Virus record (IMG/VR): IMGVR_UViG_3300030397_000865
Span: 1 to 28,993 of that record
Direction: 5' to 3' (one strand)
DNA length: 28,993 nucleotides
Origin: a virus
Lineage: Duplodnaviria > Caudoviricetes
Shown here: positions 7,852-15,774 of the stretch, in pieces
Position numbering within the stretch: position 1 is the stretch's first letter
How the letters are laid out: each line of letters starts with the position of its first letter
Made by a program: the position numbers and the translations under genes
Notes under the pieces: model-generated
Databases searched by the model: none
Told to the model about the DNA's origin: nothing
Seen by the model: the letters and a program-made list of their open reading frames with translations, nothing else

Positions 7852-8419
7852 GGTCGGTCTCCTCAAACTGGTTAACTTCGCGGAACTCTATGTCCGGCAA
7901 TTTTTGGATCACCATTTGGGCAATCCTCATACCCTTTTGTATCTTAACAGAATCCTTAAGACAACTAAGAATTACTTTAATTTCTCCTGTGTACCCACTG
8001 TCAATCGTGCCTGGTGCGTTTACCACAAAAATCCCAAGTTTTGCAGCATTTCCACTTCTTCCTCGAATTTGAGCTTCATATCCGACCGGAAGACTGATTG
8101 CGATACCTGTGCTGACAACCGTAGCAGCTCCCTCAAACAGCATCGAGTCGTGACTGGCTTCAAGATCGAATCCAGCATCTGCAATATGGGCTTTTTTTGG
8201 GAGGGGAGTCTCTCCTAGGCGCTTAATCTCGACAACATTGCCCCGTGAGACTTGATAGCCGGTAGCGGTCTTGACAGCATTGAGTTTTTTAAGTGCAACA
8301 CAAATACCCGATACGGTAATTTCTTGATCGTACTTTGCCTTGAGAACTTGCTGAAGCTCTGACTGGGTATAGATTTCCTGGGCCTCAATAATTTCACGAA
8401 TTTTCTGTTGCGTACTCAT
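7817..8419 (-). CDS. dut: trimeric dUTPase with N-terminal ArgR/AhrC-like winged helix
   Basis: All five dUTPase motifs (AGFDL, GRSG, GTIDSGYTG, RIAQ, RG..GFGSSG); first ~58 aa KIREII...EI.TQ.EL...LK resemble the AhrC DNA-binding domain. Confidence 0.93.
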   Translation of the reverse strand: MSTQQKIREIIEAQEIYTQSELQQVLKAKYDQEITVSGICVALKKLNAVKTATGYQVSRGNVVEIKRLGETPLPKKAHIADAGFDLEASHDSMLFEGAATVVSTGIAISLPVGYEAQIRGRSGNAAKLGIFVVNAPGTIDSGYTGEIKVILSCLKDSVKIQKGMRIAQMVIQKLPDIEFREVNQFEETDRGNSGFGSSGG

Positions 8420-9681
8420 ACTTTCACTCCTTCTAGTTTCCCATATCGATGTCCCATCTCCGGGTCACCGGCCATCAGTATGCTTCTTCCATCATATTCT
8501 AACGGTTTATGCATCGCATCCATCAACATTTTTACGCCCCTGTCTGAATCATAAGTCTCAATAACCAGACAGTCGTGAACTTGGACAATTAGCCCCTCTT
8601 TCGTATGGTCCATCTTTTGGTCCACTTCTTGCACGGCTCGATCCATAATTGTTGCAACGGCTGCTTGAAGAGGGAAGTTGAACACTTCAGTATCTTTGCC
8701 CTTGCCGTACAGATAGCGTCTTCTCCCAGAAAACACGTCCTCTACATACCCCTGCACATTAGCACGATCCCAGAGCTCTTGTTTGTAAATTCGCAATGCG
8801 GGGTGAGCTTTCCACCAACGTTTGACTGCTCCTAATACAAGTCGGATGGTCATGTCCCCAAATCCTGCTGTGTGCAATCGAGACAAGATCGTTTTAGCAG
8901 CTGATTCGTCGTCGAGAGTTGAATAATTCAAAGCAAACGCAAAGGTCTTAGCCGCATTTCGAAATTTTTTGTAGTTTTCAGGGGACAGGCTGTCCATATC
9001 AACACCGAACAGATCTCCTGCATTGAGCTTGTGAACGTCTTTACCCGCATTGTATGCGTCGAGAAGGGGTTGATCGTTTGCTAACAGGGCTATGACTCTG
9101 AGTTCGGCTTGGGAAAGATCACAGGCCACCAGATAATTGTTCGGTCGAGAGACAAACATCCCCTTCATGAAGTATGGCCAAGTCTGAAGAGCAGGAGCCC
9201 GATACCCCCACCGTCCCGATACTTGATCACCTGGATTAGGTCGAGGACGAATCATGGACATGCCAATATAAGGAGTGATATAGGTTGTTTGCCGTTTTTT
9301 CCACAGACCGTATGTCAAGAGATGAGTTGCGAGCTTTTGAGCCTTTTCAGACTCTCCGTACGTCTTAATGAACTCCAGGGCTTCTTTGTCGACCTTAGGG
9401 GATCCTGAGTCAGTTGTGAACTTGACCGGTTCTCCGAATTGCTCAAAAAAGATTTCAGCCAGCTGTTTTTTGCTATTGATATTTGTGCCTTCAGGTACCA
9501 AAGTCAGAATGATTTTCTCTTCTGAACTTATCTCTGCTTGAACCTGATCCGCAATTTTCTGAAACTCCTCTTGGTCGACAGTAATGCCCCACATATACGA
9601 GCGCAATGCTATTTCAGTATTAGCTCTACCGTTCTCTATGAGGCTCAGAACGTTGGGGTATGTCTCGTAACCACATCGCAT
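8416..9681 (-). CDS. polA: family A DNA polymerase, polymerase domain only
   Basis: NINSKKQL, SGRW, motif A DLSQAELR, DVH, motif B RNAAKTFAFALNY, GRRR, NFPLQ, motif C VHD. Confidence 0.93.
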   Translation of the reverse strand: MRCGYETYPNVLSLIENGRANTEIALRSYMWGITVDQEEFQKIADQVQAEISSEEKIILTLVPEGTNINSKKQLAEIFFEQFGEPVKFTTDSGSPKVDKEALEFIKTYGESEKAQKLATHLLTYGLWKKRQTTYITPYIGMSMIRPRPNPGDQVSGRWGYRAPALQTWPYFMKGMFVSRPNNYLVACDLSQAELRVIALLANDQPLLDAYNAGKDVHKLNAGDLFGVDMDSLSPENYKKFRNAAKTFAFALNYSTLDDESAAKTILSRLHTAGFGDMTIRLVLGAVKRWWKAHPALRIYKQELWDRANVQGYVEDVFSGRRRYLYGKGKDTEVFNFPLQAAVATIMDRAVQEVDQKMDHTKEGLIVQVHDCLVIETYDSDRGVKMLMDAMHKPLEYDGRSILMAGDPEMGHRYGKLEGVKV

Positions 9682-9953
9682 TAATCATCCATTAACGCAC
9701 GATCATAATCATCCCACTGTTTTTGAATTGCTTGACCGAATTCTTGCATTGAGACATTTCCAGACAGTGAAAGGCCGAGTGTTTTATTCACTTCTTGCAC
9801 CCAGTTTTGAATCGGAGTATCAACAGGTCGGAAGTCAGAAAGTTTCGAATCGTCAGAACAGAAGAACCCTTCAAAACCAAGACGCCTAAGCCCCCATTGA
9901 ATCTCTGCCTCATAAGGTTCCACGTCTTTTGCTCCGGCCATCATGATTCTCAT
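9681..9953 (-). CDS. hypothetical protein between the two polymerase halves
   Basis: 90 aa; GAGGAG SD; ATGA and TAATG overlaps with both neighbours. Confidence 0.75.
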   Translation of the reverse strand: MRIMMAGAKDVEPYEAEIQWGLRRLGFEGFFCSDDSKLSDFRPVDTPIQNWVQEVNKTLGLSLSGNVSMQEFGQAIQKQWDDYDRALMDD

Positions 9954-11146
9954 ACTGCTAACTCCTCTGCTTTTTCAAGCAACCTTAACCCACTGACCAC
10001 TGTAACATAGCAATCCTTGGCACAATAGTCTCTTAGGAAGACGGGATCGCCGCCCTCATAGCACTGATGATTTTTGTCGACAGTTGGGGTAGAAAGCGTG
10101 TTTTCTTTCAAATCCTGGAATCTCCAACCCTTCTTATAGGCGAGTTTCCATCGGTAGGGAAGTTGAATACAGTGCAAACCAATCTGTTCTAGATTGTGCT
10201 TCATAGCGGGGAACATTACGGCATGAATGTTGTATATGTCCACGTCATTACGGACTTTATGTCCCCGAGGAAGCAGTCCTGTAACGTCATAGTTTCCGTT
10301 CTGTGTAAACATTTTTCGGCCAGATTGGAGGACTTTAAGCATTTCCGCACGTAGAGCTTTGCCGAGAGACGTGTTTGAGAGGCCAGGATATGGTCCCCAA
10401 TTTTTGGAGTAATAGCCATCCCAGGGGATACAGACAGCGGTCTTAGGATCAGAGACTCCAATACAGGTTATGGGGACTGTCAGGGGATCTGTACCTTGAG
10501 TTTCGATGTCCCACCCAATGTTGTCCCCCAAGTTTCTGAGAGCCTCTAAGGCCTCCTCAGAGGGATCTGTGATAATATGTGGCCAAGGTTCAGTCTTATA
10601 CAGTCCCAGAGCATTTTTGGCCCATCTTGTGACCATGTCGTCGAAGAACGGCCCTAGTCCCGGCTTAGTTTTGTATACAGTGGTAAGATAGTCTGTGACC
10701 ATGTCTTTGTAGCCAAATTCGAGACAATACAGCAGACGTGCTCTCTGGGGTTGTGTAAGTAGGCCATGAGTAGAGTCATTCCCAAGATACAGAGTAGGAA
10801 GTTGCGGATTGAAATATGCAGATACATGGGTCTCACACGCTTTCTTGGCTTTGGTCTTGTCCTTCGGGTTTAATCCCGTCAAGGGTTGACAAGCAAGAGT
10901 ATACAAAACAGAGACTTGTTGTCGAGCAATTCCCGCCTGTCTTAGGGTTTCAAAGAGTCGGTCTAAAAGTTCCCCTTCTCCGGCCCTATTCTTCCACACA
11001 GCATGTCGGGAGGGAGAGGGTGCTACGATTTGACATACGGGCTTATCGCGCTTTAGAAGGGGTACTGGGCGCCACTTAGAGGTATCTGAGTGCAGAGGAC
11101 ATCTGTCGCAATTGGCACCGTGACTGCGGGGATCGTATATTGGCAT
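9950..11146 (-). CDS. polymerase N-terminal half: degenerate family-4 UDG-like domain plus DEDDy 3'-5' exonuclease
   Basis: CDRCPL...LACQP...KAC four-Cys pattern; ExoI WDIETQG, ExoII NGNYD, ExoIII YCAKD. Confidence 0.85.
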   Translation of the reverse strand: MPIYDPRSHGANCDRCPLHSDTSKWRPVPLLKRDKPVCQIVAPSPSRHAVWKNRAGEGELLDRLFETLRQAGIARQQVSVLYTLACQPLTGLNPKDKTKAKKACETHVSAYFNPQLPTLYLGNDSTHGLLTQPQRARLLYCLEFGYKDMVTDYLTTVYKTKPGLGPFFDDMVTRWAKNALGLYKTEPWPHIITDPSEEALEALRNLGDNIGWDIETQGTDPLTVPITCIGVSDPKTAVCIPWDGYYSKNWGPYPGLSNTSLGKALRAEMLKVLQSGRKMFTQNGNYDVTGLLPRGHKVRNDVDIYNIHAVMFPAMKHNLEQIGLHCIQLPYRWKLAYKKGWRFQDLKENTLSTPTVDKNHQCYEGGDPVFLRDYCAKDCYVTVVSGLRLLEKAEELAV

Positions 11147-11193
11147 CGGAAATACCCGCCAGGGACATCGTTGAGAGGTATAGCGGGCTCCTT
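11147..11193 (-). promoter_or_regulatory. putative hairpin-bridged ribosome binding site
   Basis: AAGGAG at 11193-11188; stem GCCCGCTA/TGGCGGGT; 7 nt to ATG 11146. Confidence 0.45.
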
Positions 11194-11200
11194 TACTACA

Positions 11201-11872
11201 TCACTTAGGAAGGTTGATCCAAGACACGTTCATCGTTTGTTTACCATTAAACGTACTGTCACGCACATCCATTACAAACTGAGCGCCATTCACGGACAAA
11301 GCACCATCAAAGATCTGATTAGCATATTTTACGACATCAGTCATGATTTCACGTCGTTGAGCTTGCACAGCATCCCACGATTGATCAGAAGGGTTACCTT
11401 CACCGTCAACAACGATCTTCTTGTCTTTCTCCCACTTGTGAGTATCCGGAACGATGTCCGCACCCAACAAGGTTCGAAGTTCTTTAACAAATTTGCTATT
11501 GAACGTCAGAGCGCTTTTGAGGGTATCTTCAGCAGCCACTTGTGCGAGATCTTCAGGAGCAACGTCGGCAAACTTCTCACGAAATTTGGCACTGGACTCT
11601 AGTTTAGAAGCACATTTGTCGGCAAACTGATCCATATCCGCAATCTCGGGCAACATCACATAGTATTTTGCAGGCTTATCAGTAAGGACCTCGTCTCCAT
11701 CCACAGCACACAAAGTCAATTGCAGCATCTTTTGACCAGAAGACTGTGACACTTTACCTTCACATTCGGTCACTGTGCATGGATATATACCTGGTTCGAG
11801 CAGCCACTTGGGACGACGAATTCCGCCCTTGGGTGCATTTGCTGCATTGATAAGATCTTGAGTACTAGCCAT
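11201..11872 (-). CDS. DUF669-like putative ssDNA-binding protein
   Basis: LEPGIYPCTVTECEGKVSQSSGQKMLQLTL N-terminal pattern; located next to the ERF annealase. Confidence 0.6.
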   Translation of the reverse strand: MASTQDLINAANAPKGGIRRPKWLLEPGIYPCTVTECEGKVSQSSGQKMLQLTLCAVDGDEVLTDKPAKYYVMLPEIADMDQFADKCASKLESSAKFREKFADVAPEDLAQVAAEDTLKSALTFNSKFVKELRTLLGADIVPDTHKWEKDKKIVVDGEGNPSDQSWDAVQAQRREIMTDVVKYANQIFDGALSVNGAQFVMDVRDSTFNGKQTMNVSWINLPK

Positions 11873-11894
11873 AGTTTTCTCTCCTTCGTGGACT

Positions 11895-12398
11895 CTAGGT
11901 CCGGGTTTTCTTCAGGTCAGAAAGGGTTACTTTCTTCTGAAGGTTTTGTGCATCGTCATCCTCCGTAACAGTCAAGCCAACCAAAGATCCCAGTGCATAA
12001 CGACGAGCATAAGTTTGTGCGCCTCCGTGTTCATGTGGTCCTATGGCTGCCCCTTCTCTCTTGGCGACAACATACGCTTTGTAATCCAGGGTAGCAGAGT
12101 AATACTGATCGCCCCAGTGGATTGTGGTAGTAATGAAAGACGAGCCCCACAACGCTTGAGTGAACGACAGGCCATGCTTTTGGAAAGGTTCTCGCACAGT
12201 CTCGATCAGATTCCCAAGGGTTGCATAGTAGCCGAAGCCTCCCTTTTTATCCTTCTTCAGTTTTTCGTAGTCTCCTTGGGCTTTTGCCAAAGCTTCAAAG
12301 AGTTCTTTTGTTTTAGGGGAAAAACGTGGGGACAAATTCACTTCGGAAGGTCCGTCCAAGTCTTCATAAAACGTGCTATCAAAATCTTCATCCGTCAT
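11895..12398 (-). CDS. erf: ERF-family ssDNA annealing protein
   Basis: ALAKAQ, YATL, HGLSFTQ, GGAQTYARRYAL, DDDA; AAGGAG SD before ATG 12398. Confidence 0.9.
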   Translation of the reverse strand: MTDEDFDSTFYEDLDGPSEVNLSPRFSPKTKELFEALAKAQGDYEKLKKDKKGGFGYYATLGNLIETVREPFQKHGLSFTQALWGSSFITTTIHWGDQYYSATLDYKAYVVAKREGAAIGPHEHGGAQTYARRYALGSLVGLTVTEDDDAQNLQKKVTLSDLKKTRT

Positions 12399-13221
12399 TG
12401 TCTCTCCTTGGCCACACTGGGCATGTTCCGTCAAATTTGAATTCGCAGTCTCTACATTGACTAATCAACGGTACTCTATCATATGTGTTACGGCGCTCTT
12501 CACAAAATTGCAAGTAGTTTCGGACGATCTCTAATTCCTTTTGACTTACCCAGTGTGCCTCATGTACAGCAACCTCAGGTGTTTTGGTTTTAGTAATCCG
12601 CCAGAATTCAAAACCCTCAATTGTACGATCGGCATCTCCAAGGCCTGCAGCAATAGCTCCGTGAGTATAAACGACTCTTTGAAAGAACCCGTCTTTGTAC
12701 ACGTATTTGTTGTAGTCCGCGTTTGGAAAGTTTTTCGTTGCTGCTGACCGTCCCGCCGTTTTCCAATCTCCAATAATGAGTCGTCCGTCTTCTTTCTCAA
12801 ACACAATATCAATGCGACCAGTCACATCCACACCGAAAGTGTCTCTCATATACGGACCATCGATATCTTGTTCAATGTACCACACTTTTTTGCACATCGA
12901 TTCAAGATATTCACCCATAGCTTGAAAGAGCCGCCAAGCCTCATCTTCAATGTCTTCCGCAACATACCCACACAAGGTATCCGAAAACCGAAGTCTGTCT
13001 GTGTTTCCAAACTTGAAATACTCTTCCATGTAGTGGTGAAACATCGTACCAAGTACAAACCAGGGAGATTCTTCGGTGTTAGCAAGGGACTGGGCACATG
13101 GACGAAACTCTTTGGCTTCCTCTAGTAAGTCGAGTTTTATTAGACATTGGTCCCCCCAAGGCACAAAGTTTCCTTGCCCGTTTCGAGAGCCGCCATGCCC
13201 AATTTCAATAAGTTTCGACAT
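12388..13221 (-). CDS. PD-(D/E)XK Cas4/RecB-like exonuclease
   Basis: GTMFH, IEQ, GRIDIV, IGDWKT, Q...Y, C-terminal CxxC...C. Confidence 0.85.
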   Translation of the reverse strand: MSKLIEIGHGGSRNGQGNFVPWGDQCLIKLDLLEEAKEFRPCAQSLANTEESPWFVLGTMFHHYMEEYFKFGNTDRLRFSDTLCGYVAEDIEDEAWRLFQAMGEYLESMCKKVWYIEQDIDGPYMRDTFGVDVTGRIDIVFEKEDGRLIIGDWKTAGRSAATKNFPNADYNKYVYKDGFFQRVVYTHGAIAAGLGDADRTIEGFEFWRITKTKTPEVAVHEAHWVSQKELEIVRNYLQFCEERRNTYDRVPLISQCRDCEFKFDGTCPVWPRRDNDG

Positions 13222-14698
13222 CCACCCAATCCCCAGCCATCAATATCTCTTGCAGATCCGTCAAAAGACTTTCATCATTCTCGTCGACAGTCAGAAGATC
13301 CATAAGTCCTGATTCGACACTGCCTGACTTCAGGATACGATTTTTCTCCACCAACCGCTCCAAGAGCCGGGGGTATATGACTTCGTCTGCAGTCCCCTTC
13401 ATCGGTAGGAAAGTGTAGGTAATTTTCTCTGTCGCTTTGAGCCGCAAGAACCGTCCAAGTACCTGACTCATGTATCGAACGACAGGGTAGCCTTCTACGA
13501 CATAGACATTTGTAAACCTGCTTAGATTCAAACCTTCTGTGATTGCTTTAAGTCCTGCAACGAAACAATCTGTCGTCTCAAGGATTTCCATCCGTTTTTT
13601 GGTCGAGACTTTACCTGTAATCACAGGACATCCCAAAGCTTTCCCTACCAACTCTGAAGTTGAATTGAGATAACATATGTAAGCAGTCGGACCGTTTGGT
13701 TGAGGAAGTTGAGCTACTCGTTCAGCCGCCAGTTTTTCTTGAGTCCGAGCCCATCCGCCAAGATCTTTAGGGGCTACCCGATAATTCCCATCCAACCATT
13801 TCAATTTCCATTCCGAATCCGGCAAAAGGTCAGCAAACTGGTCCTCACCGACATAATCTAGAAATTGGTAGAGATAGTCGCAGTATTCCTCATGCCGATC
13901 CTCACGGAGAGATCCAACGTCACGGACTGGGTCTTCGCGATTAGGAATCTCTTTCTCCCCAATATTGTGAAAGTAATTCTCCCACTGTACTCGGGTACCA
14001 AAACCGCCTGGGATGATGCAATCGAGCTGACTCCAGATAGTAATGGCTTTTGCACCAAAGGGAGTTGCAGTAAGGCCCAATACGTAGGCACTAGGAGGAA
14101 GTTCATCGACGATCTCCCTTAACTTCTTGGTTCGGTTAGACTTTTGATTCATCGCATAATGAAGCTCATCAGCAATCACCATGTTCCAATCGTCAGGTTC
14201 GACTTTATGAAGACTCGCATACCCAACCAAGGTAACTTTGGAGTCTGCCTCACGTTCTGCTTTCAGTGTCGATCCGACGATTCGAGGTTCGATTCCTTGT
14301 GCTCGAAACTCTTTCTGGAGATTCTGGAGAACCATTTTCGGAGCTACAACCAGTGACTTCTGCCCCAAAAGTTTGACTGCTTGTACTGCAAAGTAGGATT
14401 TGCCCGCACCTGTAACCCACGATAAAATCATGGACTTCTCTTCGAGAAGACGTTTCCAAGCTCGTTGTTGGTGAGGTTCAAAGGTTTCGGGAAAGGGGAC
14501 TGAGGCACTTTTTAAGGGGGAGGACATGCACCCCAGTTCCCTAACCCTAACTCTATTAGTAACCCATTTTTTTCTCTCACGCAAGTAGGAAGTGCCAGGA
14601 AATCTTTCTCCAGACCGATTCTTAACCCTGTCCAAGTTGTCAGGATTCGGAACAAAGTCAAGCAAATACTTACCCGGTCCTACTTCGCGAGCTATCAT
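13205..14698 (-). CDS. superfamily II (SNF2-like) helicase
   Basis: PHQ, TGAGKS, DELH, LTATP, EGLNL, QVLGRFLR. Confidence 0.9.
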   Translation of the reverse strand: MIAREVGPGKYLLDFVPNPDNLDRVKNRSGERFPGTSYLRERKKWVTNRVRVRELGCMSSPLKSASVPFPETFEPHQQRAWKRLLEEKSMILSWVTGAGKSYFAVQAVKLLGQKSLVVAPKMVLQNLQKEFRAQGIEPRIVGSTLKAEREADSKVTLVGYASLHKVEPDDWNMVIADELHYAMNQKSNRTKKLREIVDELPPSAYVLGLTATPFGAKAITIWSQLDCIIPGGFGTRVQWENYFHNIGEKEIPNREDPVRDVGSLREDRHEEYCDYLYQFLDYVGEDQFADLLPDSEWKLKWLDGNYRVAPKDLGGWARTQEKLAAERVAQLPQPNGPTAYICYLNSTSELVGKALGCPVITGKVSTKKRMEILETTDCFVAGLKAITEGLNLSRFTNVYVVEGYPVVRYMSQVLGRFLRLKATEKITYTFLPMKGTADEVIYPRLLERLVEKNRILKSGSVESGLMDLLTVDENDESLLTDLQEILMAGDWVDVETY

Positions 14699-14922
14699 TC
14701 GTAAGCCGTTTCCAAATTCTTGATGTAGATCAACAGTTCAGCAGCGTCCTCTTTCCCCATACAAATACCGCCATCTGGCTGTACTTCTAAGGTTTCGAGG
14801 ACTGGCTTACTTGGAGGAGGGGGGAGTGTCGCCGGGGGGTTTAGCGCTGACGTCAGAGTTTCGCACCCCGAACTCAACAGCCCAAGCACTCCCAGGATCA
14901 CGCTTAATAGCTTCAGCTTCAT
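14695..14922 (-). CDS. outer-membrane spanin (Rz1-like lipoprotein)
   Basis: Signal peptide with lipobox LSSG-C, Pro-rich linker, last gene of the lysis cassette. Confidence 0.75.
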   Translation of the reverse strand: MKLKLLSVILGVLGLLSSGCETLTSALNPPATLPPPPSKPVLETLEVQPDGGICMGKEDAAELLIYIKNLETAYE

Positions 14923-15010
14923 CTTTTCTTTCCTTAATCTTGTTCTGCCGGGTAATACCTTTGAATACCTCTAGCAGCTTGTTAAGAATGTTCAGAATTG
15001 CTGAAACCAT
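14807..15010 (-). CDS. putative inner-membrane spanin (Rz-like)
   Basis: Follows the holin (TAATG); overlaps the lipoprotein gene by 116 nt in another frame; short coiled coil. Confidence 0.55.
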   Translation of the reverse strand: MVSAILNILNKLLEVFKGITRQNKIKERKDEAEAIKRDPGSAWAVEFGVRNSDVSAKPPGDTPPSSK

Positions 15011-15225
15011 TACTCTTTTTTGCCTTTGATCTTAGAAGTTGCCTTCACACGACCATACACACCGATAGCACCACCCACAGCACCAATAACCGTCAAAACG
15101 ATTTCGGTCACTTGAGCTTGAGCACCAGCATCGATGTTCAACTTGAAAGCGCTACCGATAGCAGCCAATACAGCCACAATACCACCAATAACACCTTTGC
15201 TTTTATACCAGGGTTTCTCTTCCAC
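15010..15225 (-). CDS. holin (2 TM)
   Basis: KPWYKSK, two TM helices, GVYGRVKA and basic C-terminus; adjacent to endolysin. Confidence 0.8.
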   Translation of the reverse strand: MEEKPWYKSKGVIGGIVAVLAAIGSAFKLNIDAGAQAQVTEIVLTVIGAVGGAIGVYGRVKATSKIKGKKE

Positions 15226-15234
15226 TTTTCTCTC

Positions 15235-15774
15235 CTAAATAAGGTACGTCAGACGCTGAGCCAATCTCACATCTTCGTCAAGTCTAGCACAATCTAGCAT
15301 TTTGCCGGGGCATTCTTTATCGGGATCGTCGGTAGCACCGGGGAGATCCGTATGTCCTGCCACTGTAAGGTCCAATCCTGTTGTCTGCCGCAAATAAGCA
15401 CAGAACTTGACCAAGGTCACATAGGCCTCAGGAGTCAGTGCTTCATTCCGCAAATCTTGAAGGATTGCAATTCCTATGCCAGTTTTATTCTGGGACTTTG
15501 CATGTGGGGTCACTGCTGTAATATAGTTCGACTGATATACAACCCGATTGTGGGGATTCAACACAAACGTATACGGCATCTTATATCCGACATACTTCCC
15601 AACTTCTTCCTTGTGACAAAAGATATTCACCAAATCCTGAGCGTCTTGCGGATCTCCATAAGCAGCTGGCCACGGACCAGACCTATGAATGACGCAGTGC
15701 GTAATCAGGTTAGGGTCCCGCTGACGATATTTATCGAAATCGGGGACAATTTGTTGCACAAGTGAGAAGGTCAT
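15235..15774 (-). CDS. endolysin, N-acetylmuramoyl-L-alanine amidase (Amidase_2, T7 lysozyme-like)
   Basis: VIHRS, PYTFV, HAKSQNKTGIGI, GHTD, KECPG (His/His/Cys Zn ligands). Confidence 0.9.
   Translation of the reverse strand: MTFSLVQQIVPDFDKYRQRDPNLITHCVIHRSGPWPAAYGDPQDAQDLVNIFCHKEEVGKYVGYKMPYTFVLNPHNRVVYQSNYITAVTPHAKSQNKTGIGIAILQDLRNEALTPEAYVTLVKFCAYLRQTTGLDLTVAGHTDLPGATDDPDKECPGKMLDCARLDEDVRLAQRLTYLI

Noticed and set aside
7960-8020. dUTPase motif 3 variant IDSGY as a sign of inactivation
   Set aside because: The catalytic first Asp and the Tyr are retained; IDxGY is a common active variant
8416-9681. DpoZ / Z-genome system
   Set aside because: No purZ, datZ or mazZ visible; cannot be supported from this window
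9681-9953. Group I intron, intein or homing endonuclease interrupting polA
   Set aside because: Insert is fully occupied by an ORF with its own SD and coupled junctions; no HNH/GIY-YIG/LAGLIDADG or intein motifs and no non-coding room for a ribozyme core
11090-12440. Long plus-strand ORFs (11090..11602, 11946..12440) and similar ones in the tail region
   Set aside because: Antisense shadows of well-supported minus-strand genes, with no recognisable motifs
12388-13221. CRISPR-Cas component (Cas4)
   Set aside because: No array or other cas genes; context next to ERF and SSB fits a recombination exonuclease
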